The notes beneath the pieces are model-generated. The model worked only from the letters and a program-made list of their open reading frames with translations, ran no database searches and was not told the origin of the DNA. Both the position numbers and the translations under genes were made by a program. A stretch of DNA of 64,000 bases. Source: Blastocladiella emersonii ATCC 22665 (lineage: Eukaryota > Fungi > Blastocladiomycota). The DNA is taken from assembly GCA_025594325.1 (NCBI GenBank), contig JANHCV010000001.1, positions 806,001-870,000 of the forward strand, read 5' to 3'. Positions 1-12,114 of the stretch are shown here, piece by piece; position 1 is the first letter of the stretch, and each line of letters starts with the position of its first letter.

Positions 1-11
1 CGGGTGTTGCG

Positions 12-961
12 GTGCCGGCCGACGACTGGCCGCTGCTTCAGACCTTGACATCGGCGGTGCCAACGAACGTCTGTCGCGAGCAGCCAGTCTCGGCGCTCGA
101 ACACGCGTCGACGCATGGGGCACACCTGCACAACGTGTTGCTGTGTGGTTTCGGGGTCCATGCCCGCGATTTCATGCGCACCGTCGCCGACAACCGCGTC
201 GCCGGGTTTGGAAGTCGGTTCCTCGACGCCATGAAGACGCTTCTCGCGGCGTATCGTGGTCCCGATGCCCTTGCTCGACACGGTCTCGCCAACGGCGACG
301 ACCACGCGCTCGTCATCGTCCTGTGGGACGCCAACACGGTGTCGGCGACGGCCGACCAGATCGCGGCCATAGACGAGCCGTGGTTCGACACGCATGTGTG
401 CGCGAGTGCTGCCAAACAGGCCGAGGTACGCTCTTCCGAGGGCGAGCGTGACCTGCTCGACTGGGACTGACTTTGTACGACGCACGGTAGTGAAACGCCG
501 TCACGGGCAAGCGCAGCAGCCGCATCAAGTCGCTCACGGTGGACGCCGAGCCGTCGGCGGCGCTCAAGCACCGCGTTCTCGCGCACGTCGCGGCGGCGCT
601 CGGCTCGCCGCGCCCGCGGCCCGTGATCCTCATCTCGGACGGCACGATCTTCGACGGCGTCGAGGACACGGCGCGCCGCGAGCTCGGTCTGGACCGCCTG
701 GTGGCGGCGGCGGGGAACGGCAGCGATGCCGACCGGTGGGTCCTGCAGGTGCGCACGCCGTTGGCCGCGACCGTGATCATGTCGTGGGCCCAGATGTGCC
801 TCACGGACGGGCCCGACGAGGCCAAGGGCGAGTGGCGCGCGCGCGCCGCCGCGGCCGCGACCGAGGCATCGTCTCAGGCGTCCAAGAAGGCGACGTCCAA
901 GAAGGCGACGTCCAAGAAGGCGACGTCCAAGAAGGTGTTGTCGGACGGCAACCGTCACTGA
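12..961 (+). pseudogene. Family A (NYN/PIN-like) paralog, 3' part; exon 2 begins with TGA where paralogs have TGG
   Basis: VIVLWDANTV...PWFDTHV, then intron 426-490 (GTACGC...CTGAC...GGTAG), then RPVILISDGTIF...RWVLQVRTP. In-frame TGA at 491-493. Confidence 0.6.
880..935 (+). repeat. 15-bp coding tandem repeat (KKATS)n
   Basis: GACGTCCAAGAAGGC repeated about 3.5 times at the end of ORF 539..961. Confidence 0.85.
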
Positions 962-1127
962 ATGAAGAACTATTGTCCCCTTGTAAAGTCGCTCGCCTGA
1001 GTCGCAACGTCGTGAGCGCGGTGACGTAGTACGCTCATGCCGGCAGGCAGATGAAGCGGATCACGGTGGCCACGGCGACGGCGGCCGGGAGGGTTGGTGG
1101 TCCCACGCTGCTCCGTCGGCCGCGCCG

Positions 1128-1138
1128 GGTATAAAACG
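1128..1138 (+). promoter_or_regulatory. TATA box followed by a pyrimidine-rich leader
   Basis: GGTATAAAACG in a GC-rich context, followed by a CT-rich tract and an ATG. Confidence 0.45.
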
Positions 1139-1419
1139 CGTTCCCGCTCCCGCCCTCCTGCTCTCCCTCTCTCCCACGACGATCTCTTCTATCAAGAACA
1201 CTCACTACCTGCTATGCATCAACCACCGTGCTCTCAACCGCCGCGGGCAACACCACCACCTTCAACTGCCCGCCGGCGCCCCAGTGCTTGACGCGCGAGG
1301 AGTTCGTTGCCGCCGCGTGCGTCTCGTCCTCGAGGCGTGCACAATCGCTCTCTGGAATCTCTAGCTGACGGGCTACCCCCCTTGTCTAGTGTCGAGGCCG
1401 GCCTCGACCCCATCTAGCT

Positions 1420-2352
1420 CCTGTCCGCCATCGCCGCGGCGCCGGCTAGCGCTCCGGACCGCGTGCCGGTGACGCGGCCCGTGCTAGAGAAACTACGAGG
1501 GCTCGTCCAGTTCACGGACCCCGAGATCGTCATCCCCGTGCACGTCCTCGACGCGGCGTGAACCGACGCGCTCGCCGCGACGCTGCGCACCCTGCCGTCG
1601 CCCGACGCGCCGTGCCGCTTCGACGCGACGGTGTACACGTTTGACGCGGGGTTCGCCGAGACGCACGGCATCGGCCCGGCCGCGGCGCACGGCGCTGATG
1701 ACGGCGGCGCACGGGTTCATGTGCGTGTCGAGGCGCCGCCCGTCAACGAGCTGTTCCCGCTACGTTCCGAAGGTCAAGCTGGTCGCGCAGCGTGGATCCG
1801 CAGCTTAGAACTCGCTCGTGCCACCAGGACCCGACTACGACGACCACAACGACGAGGAGTACACCAAGTACGACTACTTGGACGGACCCGGCACGAGCAC
1901 CGTCCAGGCGATCCCGTCGCCGTCGCCGTTTTCGCCACGGCAGCAACTCCAGCACTACCACCAGCAGCAGCACCACCACCATCTGCAGGCGGAGCCGTGG
2001 CCGCCGCACGCCATGCTGCCCTCGCCCTCGCCGCCGCCACCGTCGCAGGCACCCGTCCAGTACGCGCACGTCGACCTCTCGGACGAGGACAAGCACAAGC
2101 ACCCCGAGGCCTACGTACGTGTCGTGGCAGGTGCTGACCTCGCTCGACTCGGCGGCGCAGACCGACACCCCGCTCGCGCCGCGGCCGCCGCTGACCGTGG
2201 TCGTGACCAAGTCGCTGCACGGCCGCAGCAGCATGCCCACCATCACGGGCACCAAGTACGAGCGCGGCGGCCAGGTGGTCGTCGTCACCGAGTGGGACGG
2301 CGAGATGCAGGCCGTCGACGCGTGGGTGCGGGCGCGCCGGGTTGAGCGGTGA
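1420..2352 (+). pseudogene. Family B paralog (homolog of the 8145..9885 gene) with a stop and frameshifts
   Basis: VHVLDAA*TDALA aligns with YVIESAWNDSLA; RVEAPPVNELFPLRSEGQAGR with RVQAAAVNELRPLSVDGQAGR; QVVVVTEWDGEMQAVDAWVR with QVVLTTERSGEAMAVDAFLR. The pieces lie in three frames. Confidence 0.75.
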
Positions 2353-2869
2353 TCTGGATGGGGATTGGATGGCGATTGGATAGGCTGAATACGACGATCG
2401 TGTGACTGCACGTCTCTCTCGACTCTTGGTGGACACTGACAGCTGTTGGGGATATCCGATGGGTGGGGCGAGCGCCGTCGCGAGGTGAAGGACGCGACGC
2501 GTTTCAGGTGGCGCCTCCGCCGAGCGACCGCCGCCGCCGACCCGACCTCCACTGCTTCTTCTCTCGCCGAAACGACGATTACCAGCACGCCGTCCATGTA
2601 ACCTTGAGCAAGCCGCTCCGCTGATCTCGGCCCACCATGCACTACTCGCGGCCCCGCCGACGTCGACGCGGGATCGCGCCGCGCTCGCCTTCCCCAACTC
2701 TCGGTCGACGCCGACCACGTCCTCGGACGCATCACACGCTCAACAGCCATGGATAGCGTACGTCGCTCGCGCAGCAGCACTGGGGATCATGGAGTGTCAA
2801 GGCTAACGAGGCAGCCTCGCGACCCCAGCCGGCATGTAGCACGCACCGACGCACGCCGCGAGCGACCGA

Positions 2870-4199
2870 GTGCACTTCTTCGAGCCTGCGGCGGCAGCCG
2901 AATACGTGTCCATCCTGCCTGTCGTGCTCGACCACCTCGATCCCGCCCGGCACCCGCTGCAGCTTTCCTGCCAGAACCTCGGTTCCCTCGACTGTGTGAT
3001 GCGCGGCGCCGGCTCGGCCCCGACGGCTGCGTATCTCGACAAGGCCTACGATGTGGCGGCGCGCGACCTGCGCGGGGATCCTGCGGCCGCCGACCGCTTC
3101 GAGGCCCGCTGCGTGCCCAACCGCGCCCCGCGGCGTTGCGGTCCCACAACCCGCTCCCGCTCCCGCTCCCGCTCGACGCGCCCATCCACGGGTGCATCCT
3201 GCTGGCCTACGCCGCCCTGGAGTGGGTTCCCGCGGCGCCATCGGTCGTCGTGGGCAGCGGCAACGCTTCGTCCAACGTGCTTGCGCTCGTGGCCGCGCCG
3301 CCCGAGGTCCTCCACCTGCGCCGCCTGCTGTCGACCGCCGTGGCCGCGCCGCCCGAGGTCCTCCACCCGCGCCGCCTGCTGTGCTGTCGACTGCATCGGT
3401 GAGCCCCGCGTGGCGCGGCGGCGCGCCGACGTGCCACACCTGCTCGACCTCGTCCCGCGGCTCATTGACTCGGCCGCCGCCGACGGCGTTCACGCCCGAG
3501 GCGCAGCTACTCGACGCCGTGCCGCGCGCGGGCACAGCATCCACACCGGCGGCTTCACGGCCGCGCTGCGCGACATCCGCGCCGAGATGGTTTGGCGCCG
3601 TGGTCGCCTCGCCGCTTACCGCGTCTGCGCCGCGTCCGCGCCGCAACTGGCCGGTCGGCTTCGACTTCGCGCGGCGGCCGCAGTCGTCCGGTGCTCATCA
3701 TGATCGACGGCGACACGGTGTCGCTCACCGCGGACCGGATCGCCACCGTCAGCACGTTGTGGTTCGAGGCACGCGTGTACGGGACCGGTGCGAGCCGGGT
3801 CAAGGTACGCCACCCGTGCGGGCTCGGACGGTTGTGTGAGACGAGCGACTAACTCTCGGATTTCGATTGTCCGGTAGTCGGCTTTGCTGGTGGCTCGGGC
3901 GCGACCACATCACGTACCACCACGTCGCGGCGGCGCCCACCAAGGCCGTCAGCTTCCACACGCTCGACGTCCTCGTCCTGCACCTTGCCACGCAGCCCGT
4001 CCAGCCCGTGATCATCGTGTTGGTCGACAACAAGTGGCGGGCGCGCGCGCTTGCCGCCGTAGGTGCCGCGCCTGCAGTCGGTGCATCGACCATCACCGAG
4101 GGAGGATTCGAGGGTCATTGTTGCGCGTCACCTCGCGGAATGTGTGTTTTGAATGTTACGGAGCAAGGCTTTCGTTGTCGTTTCGTGCCACACAGATAG
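2870..4199 (+). pseudogene. Family A (NYN/PIN-like) paralog, frameshifted
   Basis: VLIMIDGDTVSLTADRIATVSTLWFEARVYGTGASRVK, a GTACGC intron (CTAAC branch, GGTAG acceptor) at the same position as in the paralogs, then QPVQPVIIVLVD. Confidence 0.6.
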
Positions 4200-4594
4200 G
4201 GACCTCCGCGCGCCACCCCGACCGCCTTCCTCGTTGCGCCAGTGCTCGCTCGAGCCGCACCGGGTACTCGCACGCCCGTGGCCACGGCCGCGGCCATGGC
4301 GAGCCCGCTGCGGGCGGCGGAGGAACACGAGGTCACAACGATCGATCGAGGCCAAGGCGGCAGCCACTGCGCCACCGCCACCGCCACACTGACGCGTTCT
4401 TCACTTCGCGTGTATCACCCGGTCCCAGCCAGGCAGCAGCGCCGGCTCGCCGCGGCGCTGCCGCCGCCGCTGCCGCCCTGATCGCCCACTCTCACCTCGG
4501 CGCCAGCGGACAGCCGACTCCGCCCGACGCCCCATGTAACTTGACGCACTTGACTCGACGCGCCGGGCTCACGCACACACTCATTGCTTCCACC

Positions 4595-5632
4595 ATGTCC
4601 TACTTGCGCAAGGTGTTCGTCACGGTCATGACCTGGGATCGGCCCTTCGACCAGGACAAGTACATTCTGATCCGCAATGAGCGAGGCGGCACCTACCGCA
4701 GCGTCATGCCCAACCCCAAGGAGGTGCCCTACTTCGACCTCGACGCCGCCTACTACATTCCGATCAAGCCGCGGCGCCGCACACTCGACGACTACGACGG
4801 GCTCGCCATCATTGTGCCGTCACCGCCGGCCAACCTGACGACGTGGACCATGCTGCGCATCAGCAACGAGTCGGACGACGTGATTCACGTCACGGTCCTC
4901 GGGCGCCGCTCATCGCTCGGCCTCGCCAGTTTCGTGCTTCAGGCGTGGCAGGAGCCCAAGGTCGTCGACCTCGGCCTCCTGGCGCACATCCGGTTCCCGC
5001 TGCGGCTCGAGGTGCGCCGCGCCCGTCACCGCGGGTCCGACCAGTACGCGGTCGAGGGCGACGACCAGTACCTCGCGACGCACCTGCTCGGCACATTCTG
5101 GCTCAAGCTGAGCAAGGTCCGGCCGCCCAACGCCGAGTCGCTCGACGAGCTCCTGGCCAGCGACCCCTACGGGCCCGAACCGCTGTGCGCGCCGGCCACG
5201 GCCATATCCAACCCCCAACTCCTCATCACGTACCCGGAGCGGCCAGCCTCGTCATCGGCCCAAGTGCACGGTGCCGCGGGCCCCGGCGTGGAGCGCACCG
5301 TCCTTAGCCGCTTCGACACGCGGAAGGTTGCCGCCGCCGCGGTGCCCGCCCCGTCCTACCGACCCCCGCCGCTCCTGGCCTACGACCACGACGAGAGCCA
5401 TGGGCGCTTCTACGGTCCAGAGCTGGAGCCGGAGCCAGGTGCTGCAGGCGAGCCGACCTCGACGGTGCCGATGGAGCTCCGCGTGCGTCGGCTGGTCGCG
5501 GGCGACCCGCGCGCCGACAACAGCGTCCTCGCGGGCTTCGTCGGCGACAGCAGTGGGTCGCTCGAGATGCCGGACGGTTGCTGGCGGAGCGGAGCCTGCG
5601 CGCCCTCGCCACCCGCCAACCCGCCGCTTTGA
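4595..5632 (+). CDS. Hypothetical protein (345 aa, MSYLRKVFVTVMTW...)
   Basis: CACCATG start, protein-like composition and strong GC3 bias; the upstream part of ORF 3884..5632 looks non-coding. Confidence 0.7.
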   Translation: MSYLRKVFVTVMTWDRPFDQDKYILIRNERGGTYRSVMPNPKEVPYFDLDAAYYIPIKPRRRTLDDYDGLAIIVPSPPANLTTWTMLRISNESDDVIHVTVLGRRSSLGLASFVLQAWQEPKVVDLGLLAHIRFPLRLEVRRARHRGSDQYAVEGDDQYLATHLLGTFWLKLSKVRPPNAESLDELLASDPYGPEPLCAPATAISNPQLLITYPERPASSSAQVHGAAGPGVERTVLSRFDTRKVAAAAVPAPSYRPPPLLAYDHDESHGRFYGPELEPEPGAAGEPTSTVPMELRVRRLVAGDPRADNSVLAGFVGDSSGSLEMPDGCWRSGACAPSPPANPPL

Positions 5633-5962
5633 TGTCTTGAATGATGCCGCCCGCTTCCTCTTGCACACCCATCTCTCCCTCCCCTCCCTCCCTCGCTGGA
5701 CTACTCTCGACATAATACACTGGCGGCACGACCGCCCGTTGGCTTTGAATCGCCGTGTCGCTCGCGTCCGCTCGCCCGACGGAGGCAACGGTTCACTCGG
5801 GCGCAGGCCGTTGGGCTGTGGCCGCGGGCGCGACGCGAAGCCACGTGCGCCGCGTCGCGTGAGACCAGCCCATCGCCCTCGCCGTGTGCCCGCTCCTTCG
5901 CTCTCCCCTCGCTCGCACTCATAGGCCCAACGACGGCCTCACTACAACCACAACTCGCTGCA

Positions 5963-6231
5963 ATGGATCCGAAAACCACGCAAAACGTAAGGACATGCCG
6001 TCTCGGGCCCGCAGCGAACGCAGCCGCCGCCCACGCGCGTGTCCCGCGGGAGGGACCCGCGAAAACCATCACGATGCCACTGTCTGACGCTGCGCCGACC
6101 CCGTAGCCGACGCAGGAGCTGCCGGACCAGCAGCCGGGTGGCGGGCCGCTGGCGGTGGTCCCGGCCGCGACCAACGCCAACCTCGGCGCGGCAGCGCCCA
6201 TCCTCAAGTACACCCTCGACCCCGACGAGCT

Positions 6232-6274
<43 letters not shown>

Positions 6275-7823
6275 ACCGCGACCGCTCCCTCGGTCACGTA
6301 CGGCATGCGCGCTTTCGAGGTGGCGACGCTCATCGCTCGCACCGGAGTCCCGGACTTTCCTCGGGTCCAGTCCACGCTCAACGAGACGTATGTCGCGTTT
6401 CTCGCTGCCGGCAACCCGCCGTCGCCCACGTTCTCGATCGACGCCAAGATGCACACCTGCCAGATGCTCCTGTACGCCGTGTCCGCGCACGGATGCGCTG
6501 ACGCGCGCATCACCGAGTTGTGCAAAGCGCGTAAGTCGCGCAGCTCGAAACGGTCGCGCGGCTCGACCTCGGGACCAGCGGTGGCGCCACCTGCTCCGGC
6601 ACCGGCACCGGCACCTACGCCGGCCGTGGGCACCGAGGCCGACGCGGTGGCGGCGGCAGAGGCCCAGCTGCGCGCAGCGGTTGCCGCGGCCGAGGCGTAC
6701 ATGGGCGACGCCGTCTCCGATTTCCCCGCATTCGGGATCCCCAACGACCCGATTGCCACTGCCGCTGAGATGGCGCAGCTGCAGCTGTTGCTGGCGAGGG
6801 CGCCGGCGAACCCGGCGTGGACCCACGGCGACGCGCTGCAGCTGCTGTCCACGATCAAGGGCATCCTCGCGATCATCACGGCGGGCACGCTGTTGAAGTC
6901 GGGCGCCGTGGTGCTCGCGTACTTTGTCGAATTGGCCCGCAACAACCTGCCGCTCCACGTGGCTGGCGTCGAGGTCGCTGCTCAGTACCACGTCCATCTC
7001 CAGCTGTACACGCGCGTCGCCGCCGACGACATGATGGCGTGGCACGCGCATGTGGCGACGGCGGCGCGGCTGTCGCCCAAGCAGCAGCTCCGCGAAGCGC
7101 TGCAGCACCGCTTCCAAGTCGACGCCGGCGCCGCGACGCGCGCGCTGTCCACGCTGAACGTCGACATGATTGGGCCCTCAATGCTGCGCGCCATGGTCCT
7201 CATGCTCGGGCTGTGCCGTGGGCTGGCCATCGCTCCGCAGCAGGTGCCAGCCCCCGCGCACGAGCGCGTCTCCGTCCGGTACCTGTGGGACGGAGACAAC
7301 GTGGTCCCAACCCGCGACGAGCTCGAGGCGCTCGACAAGCCGTGGTCCCAGGTGCACGTGTATGTGCTCACATCGGGCACGAGTCGGGTACGCGGCGTTC
7401 GACTGCGCAACAAAGAGGAACGACACTAACGCGTGCATGTGTGCGCGCGGGTAGTGGACCAACAAGCTCTCCAACCCGCGCCCCCGCAACCTGCTGCTCC
7501 ACGACCTCGGCCGCGACATCAAGGAGTCGGCCGACTACTACGCGCAGGCGCGGTTGGTGGCGAGCCGGGCCGAGCTGTGCGCGCGGACCCACCCGCTCTT
7601 TCTCGTACTCGTGTCGCACGACGGCTCTTTCGAGGTGATGGAGAGCCTCGCGCACGCCAACTTCGGGGTGGCGGGCGCGGGCGGCGGCGCGCTTGGGCCG
7701 GCGACTGAGTCGGGATGCTGGGTGGTGCGCGTGCGCACGCCGGCGCATGCAATTGCGCTCACTATGTGGATGGAAATGTGTCTGTCGAGCGGCGCCGGCG
7801 AGGGCTTCGGGTCGGCTGGGTAG
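5963..7823 (+). CDS. Family A (NYN/PIN-like) gene, apparently intact, 3 exons (5963-5986, 6107-7387, 7455-7823)
   Basis: Introns 5987-6106 (GTAAGG...CTGAC...TAG) and 7388-7454 (GTACGC...CTAAC...TAG) splice in frame. Motifs RYLWDGDNV...KPWSQVHVY and FLVLVSHDGSF...CWVVRVRTP. Confidence 0.75.
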
Positions 7824-8144
7824 GTCGGGGGCCGCCGCTGCAGACGCGGACGTCAACGTCGACGCGGGTGGGGCGTAAAGCGGTGGCGGATTCCAATAGA
7901 AAACTGCATTTGCATTGCACACGGAGACGGTGCGCGAGGGCGAGGGAGGGGAGGGGAGGAGACGCGACGGTCGTGCGCGCGTGACGTTGGTCCGGGAAGT
8001 GGGGACGCCACGCGGGCAGGCTCAGAGCAGATTCCGAGCGCCTCGGCGACGCGTCCGGCGTCGTGCATCGCTTCCCAGCCCCAACCGCTCTCGATACCCA
8101 ACATACCCGACTTGCACGCCGCTAGTAGCAAAAACCCCGTGCAA

Positions 8145-9885
8145 ATGCATTTGCTCACTCGTGGCGACGGCCCCGCCTCGCCGCCGCCGCCGCCTCGGCC
8201 GGGCCCGCGCGCCGCGGCTGCCCCGCTCCACCCAGCGGCAACCGACGCCGCGCCGGCCGTCACGGGCGCCGCTTCGAGTGCAGCCGCGCCAGCACCTGCT
8301 CCTGCTCCTGCTCTCGGCCGCACGCCCGCCCTGCCGCTCGCGCCGGGCCCGGCCCACGGCCCCGTCTCGACCACTCGGGCGACGGCCACCGTAAGCGCGT
8401 TGCCCCGCTCCAGCACGTACTTCCCCGCCCAGCAGCGCACCCAGCAGCGCGCTCAGCGCCTCGCCCAGCATCGCAGCCACCCGTACCGCCGGCCGAGACC
8501 CACGCCGTCGACTCGCGCCGCGACAGCAGGGCGTGCCGCACCGCCGCCCGCGCCGCCTGCACCCGCGCCGCCTGCGCCCGCGCCATCTGTGCCCGCGCCA
8601 TCTGTGCCCGCGCCATCTGTGCCCGCACCATCTGTGCCCGCGCCATCTGTGCCCGCGCCATCTGTGCCCTCGAACCCGCCGCCTCTGCCACCTGTGCCCT
8701 CGAACCTGCCGCCCGCGCCGCCAAGACCACAGCAGCCACCACACTTTGCCCTCCGTTTCCCATTGGAAACGCTCTGCATATCACGCTTTGCGTTCCGCTT
8801 CCGCCTCAAGGACGTGCCGCGCGGCGCCAGCGTCATCAAGCCGTTTCTGGATACCATGTACGTGCCTGATCGGCGGCCAGGTCCCGCCAACGTGGGCCTC
8901 CGTGGCGTGCTCGCTCCCTTACCCCCCGTCTCACACTGCCACCTGTAGCGACGACGTGATTCGCAAACTCGCACCCCAGGGTGCCACGTCCAACACCGCA
9001 CCGTCCCTCGACTGCATCCTGCTACGGACTCGGTGTTTTGTGCACCTCATGGACCTGCCGCGCACCCTTGTTGCCCCGACCGCGTTCTACGTCTACGTGA
9101 TCGAATCGGCGTGGAACGACTCGCTCGCGTACGTTCTGCTGGCTCCGCTGCCGCGCGGCGCCCGCTGGTGGTACATCATCACCATTGTGACGACGGACCC
9201 CACGTTTGCCGCCAAGCCCGCGATCGCTGCCCTCCTTGCGGCGTACGGCGACAACGCGCCGCATGACGGGCGCCACCGAGTTCGGGTTCGCGTCCAAGCG
9301 GCTGCAGTGAACGAGCTGCGCCCGCTGTCCGTGGACGGGCAAGCCGGGCGCGGTGAGGCGATCCGCGCACTCGAAGCGCTGCTGCCGCCCGCACCTCCGC
9401 TCGCGCGTGCACCCGCAATGGCAGCAGTGGCCGGTGCGACATGGCCGCCGCCGGCGCACCCGTACCGGGTTCGGTACCACCAGCAGCAGGCGCAGCAGCA
9501 GGCGCAGCAGCAGGCACAGCAGCAGCAGGTGCAGCGGCCCACCATCTACGCGCCGCGTGGCCTTTCCAGGAAACCGGCTAAGGAGTGGGTCCAGTACAAT
9601 GTCTCGCTCCAGATCCAGGTGGCGTCGCCGCTGCGCAAGGCGCGGGGCGGGAGTGGGGACGGTTCCACGTCGCCGTGGCCCGCGCCGCCAGCGCTGCTGC
9701 CTCTGCCGCCGCCGCCCGCAACGTCCCCCGTTCCCGTGACGCTGGTCGTGGTCCCGGCGCTGGTGGAGGGCATGGAGCATCTCACGCACCTCATGCACCT
9801 GCCCAGCGCTCAAGTGGTCCTGACCACGGAACGGAGCGGCGAGGCCATGGCGGTGGACGCCTTCCTGCGGACGTGGTTTGTTTGA
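8145..9885 (+). CDS. Family B hypothetical protein with a Pro-rich N-terminus, 2 exons (8145-8857, 8949-9885)
   Basis: Intron 8858-8948 (GTACGT...TAG) joins ORFs 8112..8948 and 8533..9885 in frame (550 codons); homologous to 1420-2352. Confidence 0.7.
8560..8700 (+). repeat. 15-bp coding tandem repeat (PAPSV)n
   Basis: GCCCGCGCCATCTGT repeated about 6 times. Confidence 0.9.
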
Positions 9886-10371
9886 CCCTCGGCCCAACTG
9901 ACGCCGCCACATGGGGTGCTCGCTCCCGACTCGTTCATTTTTACTTCCCATACACTAAACTGTTGATTTGCGCCCAAAGTTGCGGCTGGGGATCGAGTGC
10001 GAGTGCGAGGGAAGTGCGCCGGAGCAGAGGCACGGCCAAGGGAGGGGGTAGACGCGTCGCGTTTCAGGTCGGGCTCGTGACCAGCAAGAGAAGCCGCCTG
10101 CCCCCCGCACTCCGTCCCTCTCCGCCTACGCCGCCACACAATGAACAACATGGACAGCATCCTGGTATTTACTACGTGCATTACGACGGCCTCGATGATG
10201 CTTGGCGAGTGGAAGCCGGCTGCTTGCTCCGACGGCCAAGCGCGCAGGGAGGAAAGCAGCGGACGCAGGCACGGCGTGAACGTGGACTCACACGGACGCA
10301 TGCACTACGCACGCCATCACGTCGCACCCGCCGCGTCGTGCACATGACGCTGTGTCCCGCCTTTCCCGTAG

Positions 10372-12114
10372 TTCCGTGCCAGCGGGGGCAGCGTTGGAGG
10401 TGCGCTCGTCCGGTTCCGCACACAGGACGGCGTGACAGTCCTCGCCCCGCGGCGGATCGCCCAGAAGTCGGGGCTGCTCAAGGAAATTCTCAACGGCTGC
10501 ACCGAGGACATGGAGGTGCCCCTGCCGAAGGTGCCCTCGAGCCGCGCGCTCCTCCGCATGGTCGAGTAGGTCAAACATCACCTCAACAACGAGATGCCCC
10601 AGCGGCCCGGGCCCATTCCAGGTGACCAGGGCGAGCGCGCGACGCGCGTCTCGGACTGGGACGTCAACTTCTTTGCGCAGTTATCGCACTCCGCCGTCGC
10701 TGAGCTCGTCTGCGTGTCCCACTACCTCGACATTGAGCCCCTGTTCGACCTCAGTTGCAAGATGCTCGCCTGCGTGATCCACGCGTGCGGACTCGAGGCC
10801 GAGCAAATCGCCAATACGCCCCCGGCAATCGAGTCTTTGTCCTGGGTGCAACAAACCAGCGTCGACTGCCTTCAGCAGCTTGCCATCGATCCAGTGCAGT
10901 CGGCCAACCTTGGCGTGCTTGCGTGGGGCAAGCTTTTCGCCGAGACTCTCAGCAGCACCCTGCCGCCAGCGGCTGGCGCAATTCTGAATCGGTACTGGAC
11001 TTCATTGGCGGTCAAGCTCGCTCATGACCCCGAGTTCCGCCTTAACGTAGTCATCGCAGGTGCGCATCGCTTGCTGGGTCCGCGGCAGAATAGGGCGCAA
11101 TGCTAACGAACCTTGGACCACGTTCGGCTCTGGCTGTACGTGCACGCTGCTCATACTATAGCGTTCCGGTACGCGTTTGCCATTTGCAACGGCTGCGCAC
11201 CCGAGACCACGCAGCGAGTCATTCGCTTTGCCCGCGAGCGCACTTTGCCCATTGACGAGCTTGATGCAACCCTCAAACGTTGCTTCCCGACCGAGCTCTG
11301 CTGCGACCAGTGCTCGACCCATGCATGTCTTCTGCGTGCATTTGGTGGCCCTGCCCCCGAATCCGACCCGCGCGACGTTCTCAAAATCATGCTCTCGGTC
11401 GTGTCCCGCTCTGCTGGAGCCGTAAACGACGTCATGCGGAGCGCCGCGTATGCAATGCTAGCACATCCAACGTTTACATGGGTCATCCTATCCCTCCTTT
11501 GCTCGGAGCACCGCCATGCAACGCTATCATCCATTACCCAACACTCCGAATGCGCCGCGCTTCTTCTCAGCGCCTTGATACTTGCGCTTCTAGACCTCAA
11601 CAGCTTGCGCGGGATTGACGCTGGCGGGCGCTACGGCGTTCTCCCAAAACCGAGCTCGCCCACATTTAGTATGGATCCCGCCTACTCGACTCTCCTTACT
11701 TGGATTGAGTCCACTTGCCGTCTCAAGGACGAGGTGGCGCTTTGGGCCCACGCAGTCCCACAGATTCTCCGTAGCTTTCCAAATGTCTTGGACAACATCT
11801 CGACCGACGCCAAGCGCGCGATCGGTAACTTCTTTCGGACTCAAAATGGCCAGTCTGAATTTATGATCGCGTCCAAGCGCATGTCGGGCAAGATCGCAAC
11901 GGAAGCAATGCTCAAATACGGTGCCGTCAACGCGAGCGGCGTTGGCGCGAGTCACGCAGCGCTTGCCGTGGTTATGGACATGTGGTCTGCCGACCTTGAC
12001 GCTTTGGTGCGCATTATTTCTCACGAGCTGCCAGGCGAAACAGACCAGTGGTGTAAGCATCTCGAGGAGGTCGCGCTTGCCCATGGTATGGAATCGGTTG
12101 ACTTTGGGTATTAA
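10372..12114 (+). pseudogene. SKP1-like domain fused to an uncharacterised C-terminal region; one nonsense codon
   Basis: VRFRTQDG...SGLLKEIL...VPLPKV...MVE*VKHH...SDWDVNF...VSHYLDIEPLFDLSCKMLA matches the SKP1 POZ and dimerisation motifs. TAG at 10567 where Trp is expected. Intron 11060-11161 joins ORF 11113..12114 in frame. Confidence 0.75.

Larger units (their letters stand above)
1..7496 (+). repeat. Left arm of a giant inverted duplication (>=7496 bp, continues off the window start)
   Basis: All ORFs mirror those at 52163-59658 with coordinate sum 59659 (e.g. 6155..7429 and 52230..53504). The match ends after CCTGCTG at 7496; one visible SNP at 4029. Confidence 0.97.
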
